Translations under genes and position numbers: made by a program | From: Deltaproteobacteria bacterium | GTDB lineage: Bacteria > Myxococcota_A > Polyangia > Fen-1088 | Length of the DNA stretch: 64,000 nucleotides | Direction: 5' to 3' | Assembly: GCA_033763315.1 (NCBI GenBank) | Contig: JANRKS010000016.1 | Coordinates: forward strand, 160,001-224,000 | The notes under the pieces: generated by a model | The model's input: only the letters and a program-made list of their open reading frames with translations | Databases searched by the model: none | What the model was told of the DNA's origin: nothing | In this document: positions 38,419 to 47,045 of the stretch, in pieces | How positions within the stretch are numbered: position 1 is the stretch's first letter | How the letters are laid out: the number at the start of each line of letters is the position of its first letter

Positions 38419-39393
38419 ATGGCAGTCACGTTGCCTTCCGCCGCGTGCCGCGATCGCAGCGCGCGCTTCGCGGCCCGCACCGCGGCTTTGCCCGGTGCTG
38501 TGCCGCAAGACAACCGTCGCCCGATGCACGTGCCCTTGCGACACGACGGCGTCTCGTTGCACGCGTTCTTGGCAGCGGCGCACCCGCACCTTTCCCAAGA
38601 GATGTGGCAGCAACGCGCCGGCGAAGGGCTGTTGTGGCTGAACAACAAAGTGGTGACCGATCTCGGTGTCACGGTGCGGGCCGGCAACACAGTGGTGCAC
38701 GTGATCCGCAACGACGTTGAGCCGTGGGTGAACACTGGCGTGGCGTTCCTTTACGAGGATGACGCGCTTGCTGTGGTGAGCAAGCCCGCACCTTTGGCCG
38801 TGCACCCGTGTGGCCGTTACAACCGCAATTCACTGTTGCCATTGCTGGTGCATGCGTTTGGCGAGACCTTTTGGCGCCCGGTTCATCGCTTGGACGTGGA
38901 CACCACCGGCCTGATGGTGTTGGCAAAAACCGCGACGGCCGCGCGTCACTTGGGCCAGCAATTCGAGCGGCGTGACGTGCGCAAGCTTTACCTCGCGCGC
39001 GTGCATGGCGTGCCGGCCGTGCCGCGCTTTACGTGCGAACTGCCGCTCGGTGATCGGCCCGGGCAGGCGGGAAAACGTCATACCGAAAGCGAAGCTCTGG
39101 GGCTGCCCGCACACACGCAGTTCGAGTGGATACACACCGATGGTTCGCAAAGTGTTGTAACGGCGAACCCACATTCGGGCCGCACGAATCAAATCCGTGT
39201 TCATTTGGCGGCGCTTGGCCTACCAATCGTTGGCGACCACGCTTATAGCGGCGACGAAGAATTCACAACGGGGCAACAACCCCTGTGTTTGCACGCATGG
39301 ACGCTGGCCTTCGCTCACCCCGATGACGGGCGCGCGATGGCATTCGAGGATGAAGCGCCTGCGTGGGCGCGTGAGCCACAGGCTCAGCGTTGA
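38419..39393 (+). CDS. RluA-family pseudouridine synthase
   Basis: VSKPAPLAVHP, HRLDVDTTG, KLYLA, GRTNQIRVHL, PIVGD, LCLHA. Confidence 0.92.
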   Translation: MAVTLPSAACRDRSARFAARTAALPGAVPQDNRRPMHVPLRHDGVSLHAFLAAAHPHLSQEMWQQRAGEGLLWLNNKVVTDLGVTVRAGNTVVHVIRNDVEPWVNTGVAFLYEDDALAVVSKPAPLAVHPCGRYNRNSLLPLLVHAFGETFWRPVHRLDVDTTGLMVLAKTATAARHLGQQFERRDVRKLYLARVHGVPAVPRFTCELPLGDRPGQAGKRHTESEALGLPAHTQFEWIHTDGSQSVVTANPHSGRTNQIRVHLAALGLPIVGDHAYSGDEEFTTGQQPLCLHAWTLAFAHPDDGRAMAFEDEAPAWAREPQAQR

Positions 39394-40016
39394 TTCCACG
39401 CGACGATCATCATCGGTTTTAGCTTCGCAAGCCGCTGTAGCTTTGCATGAACCAAAACACCCACCGACTTGTACTGCAGCTCTGATTCCCAAGCTTGGTA
39501 GCCTGGCGCTTCGACCCGTACGTGCACCATCCCGCCCGCGCTTGCGTAACCTTGCGCGAAAGGTGTGCGGCCCACGAGGTGGCCGTTGATGTAAACGCGC
39601 GCGGCAGGCGGATCAGAGCGCACGAACAACATAAGCGGTATCGCCCCTTCCACCGCCACCTCATCGGCGGCCGGTACCACCTGATGAAAGACGCCGCGCA
39701 AGCGCTCTAGATTGCTCACAACCGCAATCGCGAGCAGGCCGGTGATGACAAGGGCTGAAAAGCCACCGCTCCTCCACCGTCTGCGCGCTGGCTCTGCCAT
39801 CGTGCCATGCCGTGGCGGAAGTGGGGCGGGCAGTACGACGGCCGGCAAAGCACGCTCGGCCGGCGGCCGAAATCGATCATGGTCAGCCGCCGCCAACATC
39901 GGACCAGGCGCCACGGGCACGGGAGGGACCGCGGCGATCAAAGTCTCGTGTGGGCGCGACGCACCGTACACGCGGGTGACTGCGTTACGTGCACGTTTGC
40001 GTTGATCGTCATCCAT
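39384..40016 (-). CDS. Single-pass membrane protein with C-terminal PEGA domain
   Basis: One TM helix; VRSDPPAARVYINGHLVGRTP...APGYQAW. Confidence 0.8.
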   Translation of the reverse strand: MDDDQRKRARNAVTRVYGASRPHETLIAAVPPVPVAPGPMLAAADHDRFRPPAERALPAVVLPAPLPPRHGTMAEPARRRWRSGGFSALVITGLLAIAVVSNLERLRGVFHQVVPAADEVAVEGAIPLMLFVRSDPPAARVYINGHLVGRTPFAQGYASAGGMVHVRVEAPGYQAWESELQYKSVGVLVHAKLQRLAKLKPMMIVAWNQR

Positions 40017-40028
40017 GCTCAACAACAA

Positions 40029-40044
40029 TGCAGCCGGCGTGCCA
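40029..40044 (-). promoter_or_regulatory. Putative sigma54 promoter of the PEGA gene
   Basis: Minus strand TGGCACG-CCGG-CTGCA, near-consensus -24/-12, 12 nt before ATG 40016. Confidence 0.65.
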
Positions 40045-40171
40045 CTGCATGCAGTGAACGTAGCGCCGCCCACGAGGCCCAAAGGTGCGCGCGAAGGCCA
40101 CGGGCCACCTTCAGCGAGTGACCATTTTCAGCACCGCCACGCGCGTCGAACTGACGTTCTCGCGCCTGCCC

Positions 40172-41107
40172 TCAGGGCCGCCTGGGCAGCGGCAGCGCAC
40201 CGTCACCGATGTGACGCTGGCCGCGCGCCTTCGCCAATTCCACTTGGCGTGCGCGTTCGCGGCGGCTCTGCATCACGTCCTCGGAGAGGCCATCCCTACA
40301 AAAACCACAACATACGCCTTGTTCAAACCGTGGATCCTGCTTGTCGGCCGCCGACAGCGGTTGTTGGCAGCCATAACACAACGTGAAATGCCCCGGCGCC
40401 AGCGTGTGATCCACCGACACGCGGTGATCAAAGACGAAGCATTCACCCTGCCACTTGGAATAATCCTCAGGCACGTCTTCGAGGTACTTCAAGATGCCGC
40501 CTTGAAGGTGAAACACCTGCGCAAAGCCTTCTTGCAACATGAACGCCGATGCCTTTTCGCAACGAATGCCGCCCGTGCAAAACATGGCCACCTTCTTGTG
40601 GCGTGCGGGATCAAGGTTGCGGCGCACCCACGCAGGGAAATCCGTGAAGTTCTCGATGTGCGGATCAATCGCGTTCTCGAACGTGCCAAGCCGAGTCTCG
40701 TAGTCGTTGCGCGTATCAACCAACAGCACTTCAGGATCGGCCAGCAATTCGTTCCACTGTGAAGGCGGCACATAGGTGCCCACGCCTTTGGTGGGTGAGA
40801 TGGCTTTATCACCAATGGTGACGATCTCTTTTTTGAGCCGCACTTTGAGGCGATGAAACGGCTTGCGCTCACACAGCGACTCTTTGTGCTCCAGATCTGC
40901 AAACGGCGGCAGCGACCGCAAAAAGGCGAGAAGGGCATCGATGCCCTCGCGTGAGCCAGCCACGGTGGCGTTAATCCCTTCGTCCGCCAACAAGATGTTG
41001 CCTTCCACCTTGTGGCTGCGGCACACGTTTTCGATCGGCAACTGCAGCGCTGCAAAATCAGGAAGTTCAACGAACTTATAAAAAGCGGCAACAACCACGC
41101 TGGCCAT
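40172..41107 (-). CDS. trhO: tRNA uridine(34) hydroxylase (rhodanese domain, YceA family)
   Basis: AFYKFV, EGINAT, LKVRLKKEIVT, DTRNDYE, MFCTGGIRCEKA, GGILKYLE, WQGECFVFD. Confidence 0.9.
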   Translation of the reverse strand: MASVVVAAFYKFVELPDFAALQLPIENVCRSHKVEGNILLADEGINATVAGSREGIDALLAFLRSLPPFADLEHKESLCERKPFHRLKVRLKKEIVTIGDKAISPTKGVGTYVPPSQWNELLADPEVLLVDTRNDYETRLGTFENAIDPHIENFTDFPAWVRRNLDPARHKKVAMFCTGGIRCEKASAFMLQEGFAQVFHLQGGILKYLEDVPEDYSKWQGECFVFDHRVSVDHTLAPGHFTLCYGCQQPLSAADKQDPRFEQGVCCGFCRDGLSEDVMQSRRERARQVELAKARGQRHIGDGALPLPRRP

Positions 41108-41201
41108 GATCGCACTCACTGTAGCAGCACCGCTGCCAGGGGCCCGCCGAAAGCGGGCGCCACCCTCGACACCACCCCCCTTGGCCCCGTAGCCTCTTAC
41201 A

Positions 41202-42521
41202 ATGTCTAACGTGCTTCGGGGTGTTGCGTGCGCGGGGCTTGGCTGGTTCATGGCTTGTGCCACGGCGCCCAAGGCGCCGCCACCCACCGCGCCACCGCCG
41301 GCCAAAACGCAAGCGCCCGCCACGCCGATGCAAGAAGAGGGCGCGCCGAATTTGCGTGCCGCTTTGGCGGCGCTTGAAAAGGCGGAAGCTGATGCGTTGG
41401 TGGCGCCGAACGACGTGGCCGCGTGGAGCCACCTCACGGTGCTGCTGCGCCAGGCTTACCGCACGCAAGAAGCCGCGCGCGCCGCGTGGCACGCGGTGGA
41501 GCTTGAATCGTCGTTTGCCACATGGACGAACCTGGGCAACGTGTTGGCCCAGGGCGATGTTTTCATGTCGATGGGCGGCGCCATGGGTGCCTTCCAAGCG
41601 TTCAAGATGGCGGCGCGCGAGGCGAAGGCAAAGGAGCCCGCACGCGTCGACGCCGCGAGCCGCAACTTCTTGAACCTGTCATACCGCGATCTGCAAATGG
41701 GGCACGACGACCAGGCGCTTGAACTCATCGCCTTGGCAGAGGCGCTCACGCCGCAGATGCCGCTGGTTCATTACGATAAGGCACGCGTGTTGGCTGCCAG
41801 CGATCGGCAGGTTGACGCGAAGACAGCGGCGCAGAAGTCACTCGATCTGATTGCGGCGTTGACACCCAACCAAACGCCAACCGACGCCTCGTTGGCGCAG
41901 GTTCAAAAGGCTGCAAGCGAGTTGGTGCAGGGCAAGCCAGCCAGCCGGCCACCGCTTGACGACGCAGGCGAGACGTTGCCCGAGCGGTTTTGGGAGAAAC
42001 CTCCTGAGCGCGGCCAGGCTTTGAATCTGCAAATTGATCGTGCGTCCGCGCGTTTCATTCCTTTGGTGCCGGGCATCGCCATGCGATTGCAAACACCCAC
42101 GAATTGGGCCCACAGCTTCAGGGCCACAGACAAGGCGGTTCATCTGAGGATGGCATCACCGGCCGGCGAAGGGCGCTTCTTGGTGCAAATCACCTTGTTT
42201 CCCGTGGCGCGAGAGAATTTCAACCTCAAAGAAGCCGCCGTGGCGGGGCGTCACGGCGCCCAGGCGCCTGACACAGAGGTGGGACCCCTGCTCCCTCTCG
42301 AACGCAAAGACGGCTTGGCGTTCTATTTCGAAGCCGTGGACAACGGGCATGCCACACGAACAGCGACGGCCTCGCCATACAAACACTTGGTGCAGTTGTT
42401 CGCTTACGCGCGGCCGTTCGTGTTCTCGGCAACTTTGTTATCGAAGCGGCCAGATGACGAGGTTAAGGACGCGATGTTGGAGATGATTCGCTCGTTCGAA
42501 ATCTTCCGCGTGGAGCCCTAA
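41202..42521 (+). CDS. TPR-repeat lipoprotein with PsbP-like C-terminal domain
   Basis: Lipobox FMAC; TPR-like AWSHL, TWTNLGNVL, VHYDKARV; C-terminal TPTNW...MIRSFEI. Confidence 0.65.
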   Translation: MSNVLRGVACAGLGWFMACATAPKAPPPTAPPPAKTQAPATPMQEEGAPNLRAALAALEKAEADALVAPNDVAAWSHLTVLLRQAYRTQEAARAAWHAVELESSFATWTNLGNVLAQGDVFMSMGGAMGAFQAFKMAAREAKAKEPARVDAASRNFLNLSYRDLQMGHDDQALELIALAEALTPQMPLVHYDKARVLAASDRQVDAKTAAQKSLDLIAALTPNQTPTDASLAQVQKAASELVQGKPASRPPLDDAGETLPERFWEKPPERGQALNLQIDRASARFIPLVPGIAMRLQTPTNWAHSFRATDKAVHLRMASPAGEGRFLVQITLFPVARENFNLKEAAVAGRHGAQAPDTEVGPLLPLERKDGLAFYFEAVDNGHATRTATASPYKHLVQLFAYARPFVFSATLLSKRPDDEVKDAMLEMIRSFEIFRVEP

Positions 42522-43069
42522 GGGCGACAGTAACCGATGGTGGCGTAGCCTTGCAGTGGCACGCACGCGTTCACGCCGCCACACAAGAAGCCTTGCTGGC
42601 AGATGCTCACGCACACGGGAACCTCTTTGCCGCAGATGGAGCCGGCCGTGCAATCTGAATCGTTGTTGCAAAGCACGCCAGGCACAGCGTCTCCTTCGAT
42701 CGCACACTTGGAGCCGCCCTTGCCAAACGGATAACACCCTTGCGCCTTGGCTTGGTTGTTGGGGCAGTTCTGCGTAAGCAGGCTGCATAATTCCGGATCG
42801 CCTGTGCCGGCTTCGCCGAGCGCGTCGGTGGCGCTGCCGGTATCAACCTTGCCATCCAACTTCACGGCGGCGTCAAGGCTCGCATTGGTGTCCTTCCGCA
42901 CCGGCGCGTCGTAGCCCGCACCCAGCCCGCCATCGCTGCTAACGATCGGCCGATCGCTGCCACCCGCGGCACCTGTACCGCCAATCCCTGGCTCCACGGG
43001 CGCTTGGCTCGATGAGCAAGCCACCACGAACGTCACTGCCACCACGAGAAGATTCAGATGCCACCGCAC
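42518..43069 (-). CDS. Cys-rich lipoprotein (12-Cys C-terminal domain)
   Basis: Lipobox VVAC; DAG-type linker; CSLLTQNC...CNNDSDCTAGSIC...GYC. Confidence 0.7.
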   Translation of the reverse strand: MRWHLNLLVVAVTFVVACSSSQAPVEPGIGGTGAAGGSDRPIVSSDGGLGAGYDAPVRKDTNASLDAAVKLDGKVDTGSATDALGEAGTGDPELCSLLTQNCPNNQAKAQGCYPFGKGGSKCAIEGDAVPGVLCNNDSDCTAGSICGKEVPVCVSICQQGFLCGGVNACVPLQGYATIGYCRP

Positions 43070-43116
43070 GATGGTTCCAGTTTATGCCAAACCCACGCGG
43101 CTGGCCTGCACTAGTT

Positions 43117-43800
43117 CTAGTTCAAGGCGGCGCCGGGCCGCATTCGCGCCAGCAAGCTGGCCACCTCGCGGGACAGCCGATCCATGCGCAGCCACGGATT
43201 CAAGGTCTCAAGCAGCGCTTGGCGCGCGAAGCCATCTGTGACCAAAACCGAAGCCAACCGGTCAGTGAGTCGCGCCACCGACACGGGCTCTCGCACCGCT
43301 TTGCGCAAAGCCAAGGCGTCGTCATCCTCCAGCCGCAAAGCGACTTCTTCGATCAACGCGCGCAAGGCGGCTTCCGAGGATTCTTTGCGCGCCGGTGACG
43401 CGTCATCGCCAGGGTCATCGACCAGCTGTTCAACGCTGACGCTGCGGTAAGGCTTGCCCGTGTGTAACTCGCGCCCGACGCGGCCGCGCGCGCGACCTTC
43501 AAGCAAGATGTTGAACCGCCCTTCAGCCAGCGCTTCGGACGCCACGATCTCGCCAATGCCCACGATTTGTGCGATCGCCGGTGGCGGCCCACCAGGCACT
43601 TCATCTTCTTTTCGATACGCCATGGCAAGCAAACGATCGCCAGCCATCACGTCGCGGATCATCTCCTTGTAGCGCGGCTCGAAGATGTGGAGCGGCAACA
43701 TGGCGCCAGGAAACAAGACCATGTTGGGCAGCGGAAACACCGGCAAAGACGCCAAGGCGTCAGGTGCGAGTTTCGTTTGGCTATCGTCATCCGAAGACAT
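43117..43800 (-). CDS. Stand-alone Lon protease N-terminal (substrate-binding) domain protein
   Basis: LPVFPLPNMVLFPGAMLPLHIFEPRY, GRFNILLEG, RQALLE; no AAA or protease domain. Confidence 0.9.
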   Translation of the reverse strand: MSSDDDSQTKLAPDALASLPVFPLPNMVLFPGAMLPLHIFEPRYKEMIRDVMAGDRLLAMAYRKEDEVPGGPPPAIAQIVGIGEIVASEALAEGRFNILLEGRARGRVGRELHTGKPYRSVSVEQLVDDPGDDASPARKESSEAALRALIEEVALRLEDDDALALRKAVREPVSVARLTDRLASVLVTDGFARQALLETLNPWLRMDRLSREVASLLARMRPGAALN

Positions 43801-44500
43801 CGACGCACGACCCTGACAAAGCCGCCGGCGCCGACGAGGCGAGGTAGAGCACAACGTTCGCGATGTCAGCGGGCGACATATTTGGCGTGCCACCCGGCAT
43901 GCCGATTTGAAGCATCTCCGTGTCTACGGATCCCGGGCACACCGCGTTCACTTTGATGTCTGTGCCACGCAGCTCTTCGGCAAGCGCGCGCGTGAAGCCC
44001 ACAACCGCGTGCTTAGCCGTGCAATAGGAAACCAATTGTGCCGTGCCTTGCCGCCCCGCGATCGAAGAAAGGTTGATGATGCGCCCTGTGCCGCGCATTT
44101 TCATCGCGCGCAAAAACGCGCGGGTCATATAAAACACGCCCGACACATTCACATCCAGCATGCGCTGCCAGGTGGCGTCGTCCAGATCTTCAAGCGCGCC
44201 GCGCACCACGATGCCTGCGTTGTTCACCAACACGTCAGGCACACCGAACGATGTCACCAGTTGCCTCGCGAATCTTTCCACGTCTTCGCTGTCGGCCACA
44301 TCGCAACGGACAAAACGGCATCGCACACGCAGCGCTTCCGGCAAATCATCTAAGAAGGTGTGCGTGGACGCTTGCAGGCCACAGCCCACAACACGAGCGC
44401 CGTGTGTGGCAAGCAACGCCGCCGTGGCGCGACCGATGCCACGCGAAGCGCCCGTGACCACCACAACCTTGTCTTGCAGCACAGGTGCGGTCATCGTCAC
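43787..44500 (-). CDS. Short-chain dehydrogenase/reductase
   Basis: TGASRGIG, NNAG, SS, YCTAK, CPGSVDT. Confidence 0.92.
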   Translation of the reverse strand: MTMTAPVLQDKVVVVTGASRGIGRATAALLATHGARVVGCGLQASTHTFLDDLPEALRVRCRFVRCDVADSEDVERFARQLVTSFGVPDVLVNNAGIVVRGALEDLDDATWQRMLDVNVSGVFYMTRAFLRAMKMRGTGRIINLSSIAGRQGTAQLVSYCTAKHAVVGFTRALAEELRGTDIKVNAVCPGSVDTEMLQIGMPGGTPNMSPADIANVVLYLASSAPAALSGSCVDVFG

Positions 44501-45075
44501 CGGCTCCCCAAGTTGGCTGCCGCCAGCAAACGTGCTTTGAGATCGGGGCGTTGTTGCATCTGCCCCACAAACGCGCTGGTCACCACGCCTGATTGATCAT
44601 GCCGCTCGCCAGGCAAGGCCAAACACATCTGTTCCGCTTCGATCACGCAACCCGCGCCCGCGGCACCCAGGCCTTCCATCAATGACTGAGCGATCTGGTG
44701 CGTGGCGCGCTCTTGCAACGTCAGCCGCTTCGTAAAGCACTCGACCAGATCGGCAAGACGTCCAAAACCAATCAGCTTGCCGTTGGGAATGTAAGCCACG
44801 TGTGCCACGCCTCGGTAAGGCACCAAGTGATGCGGGCACATCGAGTGAAAGCGCAAACCGCCCACCACCACCACGTCGGGATCGGCTTCACCCAATACGG
44901 GGGAGCCCAAGATCTCCTGCGGGTTCATCGCATAACCAGCAAGGAATTCCTTCATCCACAAGCTGGTCACACGCGCGGCCGTTCCGGTGAGATCGCCGTC
45001 GCGATCGGGATCTAAGCCACACGCGCGGAGCCAAGCCGCCACCGCCACCGCCATATCCGCTTCATTCGCTGCCAC
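44497..45075 (-). CDS. GTP cyclohydrolase I (FolE)-like T-fold protein, atypical active site
   Basis: SMCPHHLVPYRG-AHVAYIP, RLTLQERAT, EAEQMC; several canonical residues substituted; start approximate. Confidence 0.85.
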   Translation of the reverse strand: MAANEADMAVAVAAWLRACGLDPDRDGDLTGTAARVTSLWMKEFLAGYAMNPQEILGSPVLGEADPDVVVVGGLRFHSMCPHHLVPYRGVAHVAYIPNGKLIGFGRLADLVECFTKRLTLQERATHQIAQSLMEGLGAAGAGCVIEAEQMCLALPGERHDQSGVVTSAFVGQMQQRPDLKARLLAAANLGSR

Positions 45076-45112
45076 GTGCTGCGTGCCTTCCTTCGAAGGG
45101 CTGATGCCCAAA

Positions 45113-45559
45113 CTAATCGAGCGCCGGCGTGTCCAGCGGCACCAAGCTATCAAGCGGGCGGCGACCGCCATAGCCCGTGTCCACGGGGTGCCAATGGCCG
45201 AGCTGCTTTTCGCCTAAACGCCAACACAAGTAGATGTCGTCCGTCCCGCGGCGGGCAGGAAAATCAACCAAGCCCGTTTCGAGATCTTTCACTTCGCCGC
45301 CGAGATCAGCAACTTGCCCTAAGGATTCGATGAGCATTTCATAGAACGCGCGAAACATGGCTTTGGCGCTCTTAATGGCAGGCGAGCCCGTTTCATCTTC
45401 ACCGGCCAAGATCTCTTTGCTTGGCTTGACGCCCAGGCGCGTGAGGTTCTCTTCTTCTCGGCGCAAAGACGCGTGGATTTGCAACACATCTGTGAAGATG
45501 CGTTCCAACTTAGGGATAAGGCGATTCACCTCACCTATGGTGAAAACCCGACGGGGCAT
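45113..45559 (-). CDS. DUF2203 family protein
   Basis: FTIGEVNRLIP, GGEVKDLETGLVDFP, YLCWRLGE, WH...GYGGRRPL. Confidence 0.88.
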   Translation of the reverse strand: MPRRVFTIGEVNRLIPKLERIFTDVLQIHASLRREEENLTRLGVKPSKEILAGEDETGSPAIKSAKAMFRAFYEMLIESLGQVADLGGEVKDLETGLVDFPARRGTDDIYLCWRLGEKQLGHWHPVDTGYGGRRPLDSLVPLDTPALD

Positions 45560-45588
45560 GGGGTAGGCTTATACCAAAGAAAGGCGCC

Positions 45589-46380
45589 ATGCCATCTGAA
45601 CCCAACAAACGTGACAAAACGAAAGCGCAGCCCAAAAGGGCCTTGACTGGCAAAACAGTTTTGGTCACAGGCGCAGCCGTGCGCGTAGGTCAGGCGATCG
45701 CTTTGTGCCTGGGCGAAGCGGGCGCGCGCGTGGCGGTGCACCACCACCAGTCGCACAAACCGGCCGCAAAATTCGTTGAAAAGCTGCAGTCTAAAGGCAT
45801 CGAGTCAGCCGCATTCGCTGCGGATCTAAGCGATGCCAAAGCCCCTGCAAACCTGGTGTCGCGCGTGCGGGCTTGGTCGGGGCAATTGGATGTTCTGGTT
45901 AACAGCGCAGCAATTTTTGGTAAGCAAGCGTTCGAGAAAGTTGAGCGATCCACGCTTGATCAGTTGTGGGCACTGAACTTCCGCGCACCCTATCTGTTAG
46001 CGCAGGCGGCCTTGCCTATGCTTAAACGCAGCGGCGGTTCGATCATCAACATCCTTGATGTTGCAGCCTTTTCCGCGTGGAACGGCTACAGCGCCTACTG
46101 CCCCACCAAGGCAGCGCTGGCGATGTTGACCCGCAACTTGGCCGTGGAACTGGCCCCCGAAGTCCGGGTCAATGCTGTGGCCCCCGGCGCGGTGATGTTT
46201 CCGAAGGATTACGATGAAAGCGCTCGCCAGCGGGTGGTTGAAAAGATACCGCTCGCACGTGAGGGCTCGCCGTTGGATGTGGCCAAGGCGGTGCTTTATT
46301 TGGCCACCGCCAGATATGTCACAGGTGCCGTGATTCCGGTTGATGGGGGGCGTTTGGCCGGCCAGCGCGGCCTGCTCTAG
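45589..46380 (+). CDS. Pteridine reductase (FolM/PTR1)-like SDR
   Basis: TGAAVRVG with the PTR-type Arg, VHHHQS, NSAAIF, INILD, YCPTK, LAPEVRVNAVAPG. Confidence 0.8.
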   Translation: MPSEPNKRDKTKAQPKRALTGKTVLVTGAAVRVGQAIALCLGEAGARVAVHHHQSHKPAAKFVEKLQSKGIESAAFAADLSDAKAPANLVSRVRAWSGQLDVLVNSAAIFGKQAFEKVERSTLDQLWALNFRAPYLLAQAALPMLKRSGGSIINILDVAAFSAWNGYSAYCPTKAALAMLTRNLAVELAPEVRVNAVAPGAVMFPKDYDESARQRVVEKIPLAREGSPLDVAKAVLYLATARYVTGAVIPVDGGRLAGQRGLL

Positions 46381-46431
46381 CCCGGGCGTCGTGGTCGGCG
46401 CGGCCGCACGCGTGTGCTACTTTGCAGCGCT

Positions 46432-47040
46432 ATGTCCGTTGATATCTCGTCGCTGACGTCTGTGGTTTTGCGGTTCGCCCACATTTCGTTCGGCATTTTG
46501 TGGCTGGGGACGCTCTATTTCTTCGCACTCGTAAACGCTCCGTTTCAAAAGGAGCTGGACGATGTGACAAAAGCCAAGGTCAACCCGGCCTTGCTTCTGC
46601 GCGGCTTGTATTGGGCCAAGCGGGCATCGCTTTACACGATGATCTTCGGGTGGGCGCTGTTTGGGCACAAGTACGGCAGCCAGGGTTTGCTGCGCGAAGG
46701 CGCCGGCCTTTCAAACCGCGCCGTGTGGATCTTGGCAGGGGGCATCTTGGCCACAGTGATGTGGTTCAACGTTTGGTTCTTGCTGTACCCACGTTATCGA
46801 GCTGTGCTCATGGGTTTGGCGAAAGGACAACCGCCTGCCGACGCCGTTGCGTTGTTGGCTTCAGCCAGCCAAGTGTCGAGCTTCAATTTTTACGCGTCTG
46901 GTCCCTTGTTGTTCGCCATGATTGTGCCCAACAATTTCCCAGGTCTATCGCCTGTGGCCATGGTGGCGGCGGTGGTCATCGGCTGCGGCTTCTGGTTCGG
47001 CCTCGGCAAGCGCGCGTTTAAGTTCAAACCATTGGCGTAA
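46432..47040 (+). CDS. Urate oxidase N-terminal (PuuD-like) membrane protein, no cytochrome c domain
   Basis: RFAHISFGILWLGTLYFF, VMWFNVWF; several TM helices. Confidence 0.65.
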   Translation: MSVDISSLTSVVLRFAHISFGILWLGTLYFFALVNAPFQKELDDVTKAKVNPALLLRGLYWAKRASLYTMIFGWALFGHKYGSQGLLREGAGLSNRAVWILAGGILATVMWFNVWFLLYPRYRAVLMGLAKGQPPADAVALLASASQVSSFNFYASGPLLFAMIVPNNFPGLSPVAMVAAVVIGCGFWFGLGKRAFKFKPLA

Positions 47041-47045
47041 CGTTC

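Noticed and set aside
40172-41437. Long N-terminal extensions in the ORF track for trhO (also fur 22107, pyrC 29333, czcC 22087)
   Set aside because: They overlap neighbouring genes or promoters; homology and -10 elements point to the later starts
43070-43092. TGGCATA as a sigma54 -24 element upstream of the Cys-rich lipoprotein
   Set aside because: No GC at the -12 position
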